Assembly (NCBI GenBank): GCA_963807605.1
Contig: CAWECG010000001.1
Coordinates: forward strand, 154,620-218,619
DNA length: 64,000 nt
Source of the DNA: Candidatus Bathyarchaeota archaeon
GTDB taxonomy: Archaea > Thermoproteota > Bathyarchaeia > 40CM-2-53-6 > RBG-13-38-9
Direction of reading: 5' to 3'
Below are positions 30,141-40,551 of the stretch, piece by piece (the first letter of the stretch is position 1; each line of letters begins with the position of its first letter). Made by a program: the position numbers and the translations under genes. The notes below the pieces were generated by a model. The model did not search any database, was not told the origin of the DNA, and saw nothing but the letters and a program-made list of their open reading frames with translations.

Positions 30141-30417
30141 AGACAATCCAGGCAGACGCTAACGGTGGGCTAAGAAAATACCTTCATCAGAGGATCTAAA
30201 GCAAAACAATGCGCGCTCTTCTTGGAGGACGAAGTGACTACGAACCTCTAGGGTTCTGCCAAGTTGTCGGTTGATACGCCTCTAGAATTGAACTGTCAAA
30301 AATCGGTTGATGCAAGCGACCTTACCAAGTCTCTATCGGTTCGTCTAGTTTCTAACTCGTGTCAAAAATCATCGAGTGCGACACATGTTAAATCTGCATG
30401 TGGAGTGAATCTTAACC

Positions 30418-30762
30418 ATGGAAATCGGCAAGATACTAAAAGCAATTCTTGCGTCAATTGGCGACATCGCTTCTATTTCTTGGCTCCTAGTCTTGCTGGG
30501 AGTTATCCCAGAACCTATCTTTCATGGAGCTGAGTTCTTGGCAACATACTACCCATACTTCGTGCTTTCGGCACTGGCGATGTTCTTTTCGTTTACCCTT
30601 TGGCTGGGCTATCAGTTGGGTCTTTACAAAGAAAGAAGAAAGAAGGGGAGAAGTTCTCTCTACATCGGAGCGGCGCTTAAGGAGGGTCGAGATTATAGAA
30701 TCACAGGTCAAGTAAGATCGAAAGATGAGCAACATGAGTCAAGCAACGAGAAATCAAGTTAG
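30418..30762 (+). CDS. hypothetical small membrane protein
   Basis: 114 aa with two hydrophobic helices and a basic/acidic tail. Confidence 0.3.
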   Translation: MEIGKILKAILASIGDIASISWLLVLLGVIPEPIFHGAEFLATYYPYFVLSALAMFFSFTLWLGYQLGLYKERRKKGRSSLYIGAALKEGRDYRITGQVRSKDEQHESSNEKSS

Positions 30763-30990
30763 TTCCGCTCTTGTTCTTTCGAGTTTTGCGAGTTTCTTCA
30801 ATAGGACTAGGTCTGATTCGCACCCCTCGGTAAGCGCCTTCAATCCAAGCTTACGTATGCGTGTCAACACAACCGTGTAGCTCTTCAGCCGCTCACCTTT
30901 CAGATAGGCTTCCAGTACCTTGCGTTCAGGGGGGATACTGGAATGCGTTGGTAATGACTGCTGGTCTACAGGCGTTGCTCTTCTTCCTCA
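30753..30990 (-). pseudogene. small conserved-looking ORF (~78 aa) broken by a frameshift at a C7/G7 homopolymer (30916-30922)
   Basis: Minus-strand ATG at 30990 gives MRKKSNACRPAVITNAFQYPP, then a stop. The -1 frame continues as ERKVLEAYLKGERLKSYTVVLTRIRKLGLKALTEGCESDLVLLKKLAKLERTRAELT*. Removing one G/C of the 7-mer joins them. Confidence 0.3.
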
Positions 30991-31116
30991 TCGCAAAGGG
31001 TTACTATTGCTAAACACAAAGACCCTCTGAATTATCAACCGTTATTTTACAGCCACGAGAACTTACTGTATCAACCGCAGACTTTACAGAACCAACCTCT
31101 AGCAAACATTTTAAGG

Positions 31117-31812
31117 ATGGGCATTGTAGTAGCTCGAGCCAAGATCGAGGTCAAGTGTTTGTCGAAAGCTCCTGGAAGAATTCGTGATAAATGGCGCATG
31201 AAGGAGTGGTACCAAGTATTCACGCCATCCTACTTCGGAGAGTTGAATATTGCAAACATACCCTGCGCGGACCCATCTAAACTAGTCGGAAGGGTTGTGG
31301 AGAGCACACTCTACGAAATTACAGGAGACTTCTCCCATCAATCGATCAAGCTCTACTTCCTTGCAAAAGAAGTGAAAGGAGAAAAGATCGAGACAATACT
31401 CAAAGGACACGAATATTCCGCAGACTACCTCAGGAGTCTCGTGCGAAGAGGTAGCTCTAGGATAGACGGTATATTCAAACTAACGACCAAAGATGGATAT
31501 ACAAGCCGAATATCGGTAGTAGCCTTTGCGAAGGGCAGGATCAACATCTCACAGCAGCACACAATCAGGAGGATGATGCGAGAGGTTCTTGAAGAAAAAG
31601 CTAAGACTCTCAGTTACGACCAGCTTTGCCATGAGATGGTCCTTGGCAGCGTAGCAAAAGCAGGCATCGGCTCAGATATCTACAACCTCGCCAAACGTAT
31701 AAGCCCACTCCGGCATGTCGGAGTTAGGAAATCAAAATTGCTCTCTCTGCCAGTGGCAGCAACTCCTGAAGCGGCTGTGGCAAGTGTGGCAACCGAAGAG
31801 ACTCCCGCCTAG
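31117..31812 (+). CDS. rps3ae: 30S ribosomal protein S3Ae (eS1)
   Basis: The pattern RIRDKWRMKEWYQVFTPSYFGE...GRVVE is characteristic of S3Ae. 231 aa. Confidence 0.85.
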   Translation: MGIVVARAKIEVKCLSKAPGRIRDKWRMKEWYQVFTPSYFGELNIANIPCADPSKLVGRVVESTLYEITGDFSHQSIKLYFLAKEVKGEKIETILKGHEYSADYLRSLVRRGSSRIDGIFKLTTKDGYTSRISVVAFAKGRINISQQHTIRRMMREVLEEKAKTLSYDQLCHEMVLGSVAKAGIGSDIYNLAKRISPLRHVGVRKSKLLSLPVAATPEAAVASVATEETPA

Positions 31813-31925
31813 ACCTCTTCTCATCTCAAGGCGGAGATCCCTCTGCGAGGAGGATTTTGGCCTCCACATATGTCATAGTATACAAGATGTCGAAGACGAA
31901 AAGTGGACCAGTTCTGTGATATGAC

Positions 31926-33296
31926 TTGAAGGAGAAGCTCTTCGGATCATCCGGCGTCCGAGGTGTTGCTAACCTCGATCTAACCCCCGAGTTTGTACTC
32001 AGGTTTGGCCTCACACTAGCCAATTTTACGGCAGGCGGCAAGATAGCAGTTGGATTCGATACTAGGTCATCGAGCCAGATGGTTGTTCATTCCTTGATAG
32101 CGGGACTGTTGGCAGGTGGAGCTGAGGTTAAGAATCATGGTTTGATCCCTACACCAGTCTTGGCCTATTTGACCGCGGATGCAAAATGCAAGGCTGGTGC
32201 TATGGTGACTGCCAGCCATAATCCTGCCGACTACAATGGGGTGAAACTCTTCGATAAAGACGGAATGGCGTTTAATCATAACTTGGAGAACGAGATCGAG
32301 AGACGGTACAATTCGACTGACCTGAAGCGTGCGAGCTGGAGTGCACTTCGCACAGTCGAGACAGTGGACTCCACTAACCGGTACATCGAAATGATCAGAA
32401 ACATGGTCTTCATCGAAAAACCGTGGAAGGTAGTCGTAGACCCCGGATGCGGAGCTGCATACTCCCTAGGGCCTAGGTTGTTCCGCGAGCAAGGATGCAA
32501 AGTCCTGACTGTCAACGCTCAACCCGATGGATTCTTCCCCGGGAGAGATCCTGAGCCCAGCGCCGATTCACTGAATGTCTTATCAAGAATAGTTAAGGAG
32601 ACTGGCTCAGACGCGGGAGTAGCATATGACGGCGATGCCGATAGGATGGCCATTGTCGACGAGACAGGAGAATTGGTGCCTATGGACCAGTTGATAGCCG
32701 CTTACGGAGCCTATCTTGTATCCTTGAACGAGAAGACGATAGTTGTTCCAGTTGACGCATCGATGTGTATTGAGGAGAGTATCGTGGGCATCGGCGGGAG
32801 CGTCATCAGGACAGCCGTCGGTGACGTAAATGTCGCCGAAGCCGTACTAAAGCACAAGGCAGCGCTCGGAGCAGAAGCAAGCGGTGCTTGGATAAACCCC
32901 AACTATAGCCTCTGTGCTGACGGAATCCTCTCAAGCATGCTGGTCTTAGCTACAGTCTCAAGTCAGCGAGTCAACACAACCCTCTCCAAGTTCGTAAACT
33001 CGATTTCCCGATACCCAATACTAAGAGGCAAAGTCCCCTGTCCGGATGAGCTCAAGACCGAGGTTATGAACGAGTTTCAGTCAGAGCTTTTCAAAATCAT
33101 GCCTGAGAAGAGTGAAATTCTTACTATCGATGGCGTGAGAGCCGCTTCGGAAGATGGATGGATATTGATAAGGCCCAGCGGCACTGAACCGGTACTAAGA
33201 ATAACCGTTGAGGCCAAAGATCGCTCCAAAGCAGAACTGTTGATGACTCAGACTCTCGCGCTAATGCAGAACATGATCAAACGCTTATCCCACTGA
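31926..33296 (+). CDS. glmM: phosphoglucosamine mutase / phosphohexomutase
   Basis: KLFGSSGVRG, active-site TASHNP and metal loop DGDADR. 456 aa. Confidence 0.85.
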   Translation: MKEKLFGSSGVRGVANLDLTPEFVLRFGLTLANFTAGGKIAVGFDTRSSSQMVVHSLIAGLLAGGAEVKNHGLIPTPVLAYLTADAKCKAGAMVTASHNPADYNGVKLFDKDGMAFNHNLENEIERRYNSTDLKRASWSALRTVETVDSTNRYIEMIRNMVFIEKPWKVVVDPGCGAAYSLGPRLFREQGCKVLTVNAQPDGFFPGRDPEPSADSLNVLSRIVKETGSDAGVAYDGDADRMAIVDETGELVPMDQLIAAYGAYLVSLNEKTIVVPVDASMCIEESIVGIGGSVIRTAVGDVNVAEAVLKHKAALGAEASGAWINPNYSLCADGILSSMLVLATVSSQRVNTTLSKFVNSISRYPILRGKVPCPDELKTEVMNEFQSELFKIMPEKSEILTIDGVRAASEDGWILIRPSGTEPVLRITVEAKDRSKAELLMTQTLALMQNMIKRLSH

Positions 33297-33378
33297 GTCT
33301 ACTAAAGTTCTCTTGTTGAACCATCTCGATTAAGTTACAGAACAAGATGCAAGAACGTTGGTATAGCTGGTCTAGATT

Positions 33379-34671
33379 ATGAGAGCCGTCATCCTCGCCG
33401 CCGGTGAAGGAGTAAGACTAAGGCCGCTCACAGAGAACAGACCAAAACATATGATTCCGATAGCAGGCCGGCCACTTCTTCAACATGTTATTGAGGCCTT
33501 CAAACACAATGGTGTGCAGAAATTTACTATTGTTGTGGGATATCTGAGCGAGGTTATCGAGCGTTCCCTCTCTGATGGTCGTGGCCTCGGAGTTGACATC
33601 ACCTATGTTCATCAACGCAAGGCTCGAGGTACGGCTGACGCAGTTGCGCAACTACATGATCAGCTTGACGAGTCACGTTTCCTGCTGTGCTATGGCGACA
33701 TCTACGTCTCTCAGAGTGCCCTTGCGGAAGTTATGAAAGCCTTCAACGACAAATCAGTTGACGCCGCGATGGCTGTCGTAAAAGTCAAGGACCAAGAGCA
33801 CTACGGATTAGTCACAATCCACGAAGGATACGTAAAAGAGATCATCGAAAAACCGAAGCGCCCTTCGCCAGCTGGATTCGCCAACGCGGGCATATACGTC
33901 TTCGAAAAGAGCATATTCGATGGTGTAAAGAGGACGGCAAAATCCCCCAGAGGAGAACTTGAATTAACAGATTCAATAGCGAATCTCATAAGATCTGGCA
34001 TCAAGGTCAAACCAGTTCTAATAGACCAAAAGGACTGGCTTGACATAGGGCGTCCTTGGGATCTTTTTCAGGCCAATGAGAGAGCTCTGCAGGCGATCCA
34101 ACCCACCAAGGAAGGTTACGTCGAGAGTACTACGGTTCTGATGGGTCCCGTCACTGTGAAACCGGGAGTAAAGGTTCTTTCAGGATGCCGCGTGGAGGGT
34201 CCAGCATACGTGGGCGAAAGGTCTGTAATCGGTCCGAATTGCTACATCAGACCCTATACCAGCATCGGCCAAGACGTCAGAGTTGGAAACGGCTGCGAGA
34301 TCAAGAACTGCATAATCATGAATCGCACAAAGATACCGCATCAGAGCTACTTTGGAGACAGCATAATAGGTGAAGAATGCAATTTCGGTGCTGGAACTTT
34401 GACGGGAAACCTGCGACTTGATGAAAGGACTGTTCTAATGAGGATCAAGAGAAAGATTGTTGATAGTGGAAGGAGGAAGCTTGGAGCGATAATTGGAGAC
34501 GCCGTCAGCACCGGGGTAAACGTCAATCTTATGCCTGGCGTTAAAGTAGGTTCAAGAACAGCCATAGGCCCCGGAGTTATAGTATACAAAGACCTTCCCG
34601 CAAACGTCAAGGTTCTGCTAAAACAAACCACCGTAAAGAAGATGAGAAAAGAATCAAATGAAAAGGTTTGA
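33379..34671 (+). CDS. glmU: bifunctional sugar-1-phosphate nucleotidylyltransferase / acetyltransferase (archaeal GlmU-like)
   Basis: N-terminal AILAAGEGVRLRPLT nucleotidyltransferase motif and C-terminal left-handed beta-helix hexapeptide repeats. 430 aa. Confidence 0.8.
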   Translation: MRAVILAAGEGVRLRPLTENRPKHMIPIAGRPLLQHVIEAFKHNGVQKFTIVVGYLSEVIERSLSDGRGLGVDITYVHQRKARGTADAVAQLHDQLDESRFLLCYGDIYVSQSALAEVMKAFNDKSVDAAMAVVKVKDQEHYGLVTIHEGYVKEIIEKPKRPSPAGFANAGIYVFEKSIFDGVKRTAKSPRGELELTDSIANLIRSGIKVKPVLIDQKDWLDIGRPWDLFQANERALQAIQPTKEGYVESTTVLMGPVTVKPGVKVLSGCRVEGPAYVGERSVIGPNCYIRPYTSIGQDVRVGNGCEIKNCIIMNRTKIPHQSYFGDSIIGEECNFGAGTLTGNLRLDERTVLMRIKRKIVDSGRRKLGAIIGDAVSTGVNVNLMPGVKVGSRTAIGPGVIVYKDLPANVKVLLKQTTVKKMRKESNEKV

Positions 34672-34674
34672 GAA

Positions 34675-34998
34675 TTGGTGGAACTAGACAAGGATACACT
34701 CCGAAAAAAGTATCCGAACCTTTGGGGCGAGCTTGAGAGCATCCCTGCCGCAAGACCACACAGTAGGAAGATTCAGAATGACATGTTTCGAGGCTATGCC
34801 CCTAACGTGATAGACTATCTCAGAAGATGTGATAGAAGCGAGCAAGCGGAGAAAACAATCTCGTACCTCGTTGAGCATAATGAGATAACTGCCGATTACG
34901 CCGAGGGACTGCGCAAACAATTGAGGGAAAGGGGTCTAAGGAGCTTCGGGCCGAGGAAAAGAGAGGGATTCTATTTGAAAGAGGCCGGCCGGACTTAG
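34675..34998 (+). CDS. hypothetical conserved archaeal protein
   Basis: 107 aa, charged. No motif recognised. Confidence 0.35.
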   Translation: MVELDKDTLRKKYPNLWGELESIPAARPHSRKIQNDMFRGYAPNVIDYLRRCDRSEQAEKTISYLVEHNEITADYAEGLRKQLRERGLRSFGPRKREGFYLKEAGRT

Positions 34999-35224
34999 GA
35001 AATCTGGCGCAGGTACCAAATAGTGTTGAGAACACCTTCTAACCATACTCCTTGCAGAACCTCTTCCTAGGAAGGTTTATCAAGAGATTTGCAGAAGTAC
35101 GCCATCATCTTCATGTAGGATGTAAGAATACCACATTCAATCACATTAGTGAGGACGCTTGAGTTCTTCCAATAGTCTCACAGGCAAGACGTTGCGCAAT
35201 CGAGGACAGGTTACAGAGCAGACG

Positions 35225-35623
35225 ATGCGCCAACTTGCATTCAAGTGGCGTAGAGATCCAGCTATTTTGCGCGTCGAGAAACCCACAAGGTTGGATCGCG
35301 CTAGAAGACTCGGTTACAAGGCCAAACAAGGCTTCACAGTCGTTAGAATCAGAATCCGAAAGAGTGGAGCTAGGAAGAAAAGGCCAACCTCAGGACGCAG
35401 ACAGAAAGCGATGGGTGTAAGAAAGATCAAGTGGGCCAAGAGTGGCAAACAGATTGCAGAAGAGAGGGTGGCCAAGAGATATCCGAACATGGAGGTGCTT
35501 AATTCATACTTCCTCTGGGCCGATGGCAAGTACCTCTGGACAGAGATCCTTCTTGTCGATCCAAGCCATCCTGCCGTAATGAGCGATCCTCGGGTTAAGT
35601 GGATTTCGAGAATCGGAGACTAG
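35225..35623 (+). CDS. rpl15e: 50S ribosomal protein L15e
   Basis: PTRLDRARRLGYKAKQGFTVVRIRIRKSG matches the L15e core. The ATG at 35225 is in frame within the track ORF 35159-35623. Confidence 0.8.
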   Translation: MRQLAFKWRRDPAILRVEKPTRLDRARRLGYKAKQGFTVVRIRIRKSGARKKRPTSGRRQKAMGVRKIKWAKSGKQIAEERVAKRYPNMEVLNSYFLWADGKYLWTEILLVDPSHPAVMSDPRVKWISRIGD

Positions 35624-35641
35624 CACTATAGGGAGCTCTTA

Positions 35642-36028
35642 TTGATGGAAATTCGGCCGAAAGTCGTCCGGAGACCGGTGACAATGCAGAGGAAGAGCCT
35701 TGGAAGAGGTTTCTCGAAGTCTGAACTCAAAGAGGTTGGACTTTCGAGTAGCACCGCGAGAAGATTGGGAATAGTGACTGATGATCGAAGGAAGAGTAAG
35801 CACCAGGTAAACGTCGATAGTCTTCAAGAGATGCTCAAGACTACTGGAAAAAGTATCCCTGAGCTGGTAAAAGAAGCAGCCCCTACGAGAATCCGTTTCA
35901 CGAGCGGACCTCATTATGGAAGGGCTCAGAGAGGATTAACTTCTTCGGGCAAAAGGATGCGTGGGCTTTTTAGGTCGAGAGGATCTAGAGGCACGCGTGG
36001 ATACAAATTCAAGAAGCTGAAACGCTGA
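35642..36028 (+). CDS. rpl13e: 50S ribosomal protein L13e
   Basis: GRGFSKSELKEVGL...ARRLGIVTDDRRKS is the L13e signature. This protein is restricted to TACK archaea. 128 aa. Confidence 0.7.
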   Translation: MMEIRPKVVRRPVTMQRKSLGRGFSKSELKEVGLSSSTARRLGIVTDDRRKSKHQVNVDSLQEMLKTTGKSIPELVKEAAPTRIRFTSGPHYGRAQRGLTSSGKRMRGLFRSRGSRGTRGYKFKKLKR

Positions 36029-36095
36029 AGCTGCAAACTAATTTCTCAATCTTGAAGTGCTCATCTCATATCACACGTACAGTTGAAGACGGCCT

Positions 36096-36908
36096 ATGGA
36101 CCTGACCGTTATAAAACTGGGAGGATCGGTGATAACTGAAAAGGATGGCACCTCGTCATTTAACAGATCACTTCTGGACGAGATCGCCGAGGAGTTGGCC
36201 GAGATAAAGACAAGACTACTCCTCATTCATGGAGCAGGAAGCTTCGGGCATCCAATTGCAAAGAAATATGCTATTGATGAAGGGTATAAGGACTGTGAGC
36301 AGCTGAAGGGCGTCACTGAAACAAAGTGCTCAATGCTTTCTCTCACATTGATGATCACTCAATCGCTAGCTGATCACAACATTCCGGTAGTTCCATTCCT
36401 ATCTTCCAGCTGCATGGTTGCTGAGGCAGGAAGACTGGTCAGAATCGATCTCGATCCATTCAGGGTGATGCTCAACCTTGGTCTCGTACCTTTATGTAGC
36501 GGGGACGTTGTGGCGGATCTGAAAATGGGATTCTGTATAGTCTCCGGCGACCAAATAGCTGTACATCTAGCCGAGAAGCTGGATGCTAAACGAGTAATAT
36601 TCGGATGCGACGTTGACGGAGTCTTCGACTCTGACCCAAAGAAAAACCCGAACGCGAAATTGATTAGGCTAATCACGCCCAAGAGTTTGAAGAAGCAGAT
36701 GGATTTTCTAGGGGAGTCGGCAGCGACTGATGTCACTGAAGGTATGCTAGGAAAGATCAAGGAATCAATCGAGCTAGTCTCTAGCGGCAAAGAGGTCGTA
36801 ATAATCAATCTCAGACGGCCGAAGATTCTTACCAGGTTCTTTGAGGGTCAAGATGTTCCATGTACGCGATTGGTTTCAGATAATGAGAAAGCGAGATCCT
36901 CTATTTAA
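36096..36908 (+). CDS. ipk: isopentenyl phosphate kinase (amino acid kinase fold)
   Basis: IKLGGSVITEK...IHGAGSFGH motifs. It is adjacent to GGPP synthase, which fits the archaeal mevalonate pathway. 270 aa. Confidence 0.75.
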   Translation: MDLTVIKLGGSVITEKDGTSSFNRSLLDEIAEELAEIKTRLLLIHGAGSFGHPIAKKYAIDEGYKDCEQLKGVTETKCSMLSLTLMITQSLADHNIPVVPFLSSSCMVAEAGRLVRIDLDPFRVMLNLGLVPLCSGDVVADLKMGFCIVSGDQIAVHLAEKLDAKRVIFGCDVDGVFDSDPKKNPNAKLIRLITPKSLKKQMDFLGESAATDVTEGMLGKIKESIELVSSGKEVVIINLRRPKILTRFFEGQDVPCTRLVSDNEKARSSI

Positions 36909-36922
36909 CTAAAGAATCAAGT

Positions 36923-37969
36923 TTGTATGATCGACTTTCAAATCACTCTGCTCCGGTGAGAATATTGAATATCACGCAGGTCTTAAACGAGACAAGCCGG
37001 GCAGTCGATCCCATCATGTTGAAATATCTCAAGGGTGGTTCCGCGAAGGATTTCCTGCCCATTGTGACTCACCAAGTGAAAGCGGGAGGAAAGCGGGTGA
37101 GGCCCGCATTAACACTGCTAAGCTGTCAAGCTTGTGGAGGCAAGCGTGAAGACGCACTCCTTGCTGCCGCTATGATAGAGCTCATCCACAACTACTCACT
37201 CATAATGGACGACATAATCGATCATGGAGAGTTGCGAAGAGGCTTGCCCACTGTCAGAGCACGATACGGCGACCCCCAAGCACTACTCGCCGGGATGTTT
37301 CACCGAGAAGTCCTAAGCGAAATAGCCCAAGACTCCTCCAGGCCCAAAGAGATGCATGGCCTTCTAGTCAACTCGATCAAACAGACGATAGAGGGAGAAC
37401 GCCTCGATATTCTATGTGAACAGGGAGGTAGAGATGACCCATACCTAATCAGGCATCGGTACACCACTGTAACGCCGGAACTATACTTTAGGGTGATCAA
37501 GAAGAAGACCGCTGAACTAATCAAGGCTGCCTGCTTAGCAGGCGCCATTTCAGCTCGCGCAAGAAAACCCTACCAGCAAGCAGTCTCAAAATATGGGGAG
37601 AAAGTCGGCCTCGCCTTCCAGGTCATCGATGATTTCCTAGACATATTCGGTCAAGAGACTGGGAAGCAGAAGGGTAAGGACATTATTGAACATAAGCTTG
37701 ACAACGCTGTCATAGTATACGCTCTATTAAAAATGAATCCTGAGCATCGCTCCAAACTCGTGAGTATGATACAAGCAAGAAAGATGGATCAAGTCAAACT
37801 CAAACAAGTTTTAGGCCTTCTGGAATCCACCGGCACAAGGGCGAAGGTCCAGGAATTAGCGAAAGATCTTGTTGAGGATGCTAAGAAGAGTCTGAAAGTG
37901 CTCCCAGAAACATCAGCCAGATATGCCCTTGCAGAATTGGCTGACTTTATCAGGTCCCGCCTCTACTAG
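36923..37969 (+). CDS. idsA: geranylgeranyl diphosphate synthase (short-chain trans-prenyltransferase)
   Basis: FARM motif LIMDDIIDHGELRRG and SARM motif FQVIDDFLD. The start is ambiguous (TTG 36923 or later). About 340 aa. Confidence 0.85.
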   Translation: MYDRLSNHSAPVRILNITQVLNETSRAVDPIMLKYLKGGSAKDFLPIVTHQVKAGGKRVRPALTLLSCQACGGKREDALLAAAMIELIHNYSLIMDDIIDHGELRRGLPTVRARYGDPQALLAGMFHREVLSEIAQDSSRPKEMHGLLVNSIKQTIEGERLDILCEQGGRDDPYLIRHRYTTVTPELYFRVIKKKTAELIKAACLAGAISARARKPYQQAVSKYGEKVGLAFQVIDDFLDIFGQETGKQKGKDIIEHKLDNAVIVYALLKMNPEHRSKLVSMIQARKMDQVKLKQVLGLLESTGTRAKVQELAKDLVEDAKKSLKVLPETSARYALAELADFIRSRLY

Positions 37970-37985
37970 ATGAAACCTCAATTTG

Positions 37986-38366
37986 TTAAAGAAGGCGAAG
38001 ATGCCCGGTAACCTCGTCGATCAGTTTACTTGGTCCCGGACCTATACCGACGCATGTCAGCGTGTCAGGTCTAAGTTGTGTGAGCCCCCTGTCACGAACG
38101 GTTGTTATTGGCAAACCGAGCCTTTTAGCTTTCATCTCTAATTCATGAATTTCATCTTCAGAATTCACTTTCAAAACCACCTTACATTGGCCTTCATCAA
38201 GCCAATCTCTCCACCATGCGTTGTGCTTTTTCCTTGTAATCTCCGAAGCTGAAACGGACGCGTGACCCACCTGCGCAGAGACCTTACCCTTTCCCATCTT
38301 CAGGTCTTGCCTGACGACCACTGCTAGCTTATACTTGACATCCGGGTAATCTGGCACTTGGCTCAA
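37986..38366 (-). CDS. pth2: peptidyl-tRNA hydrolase (archaeal Pth2 type)
   Basis: KLAVVVRQDLKMGKGKVSAQVGHASV is the Pth2 signature. 126 aa. Confidence 0.85.
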   Translation of the reverse strand: MSQVPDYPDVKYKLAVVVRQDLKMGKGKVSAQVGHASVSASEITRKKHNAWWRDWLDEGQCKVVLKVNSEDEIHELEMKAKRLGLPITTVRDRGLTQLRPDTLTCVGIGPGPSKLIDEVTGHLRLL

Positions 38367-38398
38367 CTCAGTTGTCTAACAATAGTCTCTGCTCAGAC

Positions 38399-39118
38399 CT
38401 AGTCGAGGCCGAGCTCTGAGACATCTACTTTTCCCTCATTATCAATATCGATGATGTTGAGTGAATGGCCAAATCGTCCCCGTGTCCTTATACTAGAAGT
38501 GGTCCCTGCATTGACTAAGACGGTATTGTTAATTTGAAGTACTCTCCTCACATGTCTGTGGCCCATAAGCACTAGGTTCACGTTATGTTTGAGGACTAGG
38601 TCAAGGATGTCTCCAGCGTCCTCTAGTACATTCATCTCGCGGCCTGAGTAGGGGACAGGCACCAAGTGATGATGGAAGACTATGACCTTGACAACATCCT
38701 TCGTCAAAGCTCCGAGCTTATCTTCTAAGTAGTTTTGTCTTCTTCGGCCTAGTCGCCCTTCATCTCTATCTGGCTCCGGGCTATTCATGATGAAGATTCT
38801 GCATCTGCCCGTGTCAACGTCGTATTCCAGAGGACTGATCAGTTCGCGAAATAGAGACTGCCCATAGTTCCGTTCGTCGTGGTTACCGGGCGCAACGATT
38901 ACTCTTGGACGGATGGACTTCATCTTCTCAATCGCTAGTTCATAGTCTGCTAGAACACCGTTGTCGGTGAGATCACCTGTGTGAACAACTATCTCAGGAG
39001 CTGGATCCAGATCATTGATTCTCTTAATTGCCCGATCGAATATGTTCTCCAGGAACTGGCCGTATCTTGAAATGTGAGTGTCAGATATCTGCACGATTCT
39101 ATAAGCGATTACTTTCAA
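38399..39118 (-). CDS. calcineurin-like metallophosphoesterase
   Basis: DTHI, GDLTDNG, GNHD and GHRH metal-binding motifs. 239 aa. Confidence 0.75.
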   Translation of the reverse strand: MKVIAYRIVQISDTHISRYGQFLENIFDRAIKRINDLDPAPEIVVHTGDLTDNGVLADYELAIEKMKSIRPRVIVAPGNHDERNYGQSLFRELISPLEYDVDTGRCRIFIMNSPEPDRDEGRLGRRRQNYLEDKLGALTKDVVKVIVFHHHLVPVPYSGREMNVLEDAGDILDLVLKHNVNLVLMGHRHVRRVLQINNTVLVNAGTTSSIRTRGRFGHSLNIIDIDNEGKVDVSELGLD

Positions 39119-39409
39119 ACTGCTTCCCTAGATCCGGTCTGTGTGCAAATTTGCTTTTTGCAGCCAATTTTTTGGTCTGCGGGACCGGAAGACGCATCTA
39201 CTGTTCATTGTTCGCCAGTTCTTCCTCAGGCTTAAGCTTTAACATCTTCTGCGGCTTCCATTGATTGAAGAGTAATTGGAGCTCGCGCATGTTTTTCTCC
39301 AATGACACTATTTAATTGCATTACGGGTGAAAAGTGGTAAATCGAACTTCCTTCTGGAACATTTGTATGAGGATATTCTACGCTTGAGATCACGAGGCTG
39401 CTATCTGTA

Positions 39410-39871
39410 ATGAGATTGGTTGAATCACCTGGGAAAGTCATCTCTATTGAGTTAAATACGATTGCTCATGCGACAGAGAGTCTCGATAAGGTAGAGACAG
39501 CCATTCTAAACGTCCTGCCAACTCAAGTGCATGACTCAACGTCATTCTGCAGACGTTACCTGAAAGGTCATCATGGAAACCCAATAGTCACATTGACCAT
39601 GAGATTGGCGAAGGGGAAGGCGGCTAGGATGTCTGTTGAGCACTTATTCAGAATGCTTAGTCCCACCGAGAAGCATGAACTAGACTTAGAGTTTGAGAGA
39701 TATCTAGACGAAGAAGACAATTTCTACATAAGGCTGGACAAACAGGAAGCGTTCAAAGGTAAGATCAAGCTGGCGCGGGAAGAGCCTATTAGAATCAAGA
39801 TAAAAACAAAAATGTGGCAACCTACTCCAGAAGGAGCAAAAGAGATTCTTAGAAATCTGGGCATGGCCTAA
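39410..39871 (+). CDS. conserved archaeal protein of the exosome/RNase P superoperon (DUF54/UPF0201-like, predicted RNA-binding)
   Basis: 153 aa. The motif IELNTIAHATESLDKVETAILNVLP resembles the DUF54 family usually found at this position. Assigned from memory only. Confidence 0.45.
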   Translation: MRLVESPGKVISIELNTIAHATESLDKVETAILNVLPTQVHDSTSFCRRYLKGHHGNPIVTLTMRLAKGKAARMSVEHLFRMLSPTEKHELDLEFERYLDEEDNFYIRLDKQEAFKGKIKLAREEPIRIKIKTKMWQPTPEGAKEILRNLGMA

Positions 39872-40551
39872 TGAGAAAATTCGCCGACATCAACGTGAAA
39901 GCCCCTATTGGAAAGTACGATCTTCAAGATAGAATGGCAACTCTAGCTTGCGAGATCGGTCTGTCAATGGTCTGTCTGCGTTTTACTTCGAAGACCCCTT
40001 CGATCGAAGTAGAGTCATCTACGAAGATATTTCGCAATGCGGGTCTGGAGGTTGCGGTTGGAATCGACCTCTCGCCAAACTCTCGTAAGCAACTTCTTAA
40101 TCAACTTAGGACTTTTCGCCGTGGTTTTGACATCGTCGCAGTTAAGTCCGCGGACACAAGGACGATGGCTGTGGCTACACACGATAGTCGCGTTGATTTA
40201 ATATCACTAGAACTCCAAAGATCCTTTCGCACCAAACTATCCCTTCTGAAGGCCAGCAAGTCGAACCTCGAACTTGAGCTGGCAAGAATCATACAGCCTG
40301 GATGCTCCGTCACCTATGAATCGTTGAAGCCCCTATGCGGAGAAATTGAGTTAGCACGGAGATGCCGGTCTGACGTTGTTATTTCAAGTGGGGCGACTAA
40401 CCCGCTTACTTTGCGCGCTCCAAGGGATATGATCTCTCTGACATCGTCTTTGGGGGCAAAGAATCAGTTCTCGCTAAAATCTGTTTCCGATATCCCCTTT
40501 GAAACCGTCAGGAAGAATCTGGCTATGCACTCCAGAGAGGTCGTAGAATAA
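39871..40551 (+). CDS. rnp3: RNase P protein component 3 (Rpp30, TIM-barrel)
   Basis: 226 aa. FADINV start, TIM-barrel Rpp30 pattern, and position directly upstream of Pop5. Confidence 0.7.
   Translation: MRKFADINVKAPIGKYDLQDRMATLACEIGLSMVCLRFTSKTPSIEVESSTKIFRNAGLEVAVGIDLSPNSRKQLLNQLRTFRRGFDIVAVKSADTRTMAVATHDSRVDLISLELQRSFRTKLSLLKASKSNLELELARIIQPGCSVTYESLKPLCGEIELARRCRSDVVISSGATNPLTLRAPRDMISLTSSLGAKNQFSLKSVSDIPFETVRKNLAMHSREVVE

Noticed and set aside
30141-30417. Possible ncRNA downstream of the SerRS gene (repeated TGTCAAAAATC boxes at 30293-30303 and 30359-30369)
   Set aside because: Only two short direct repeats with no convincing C/D-box (RUGAUGA/CUGA) pairing or tRNA fold. There is insufficient evidence without covariance-model search.
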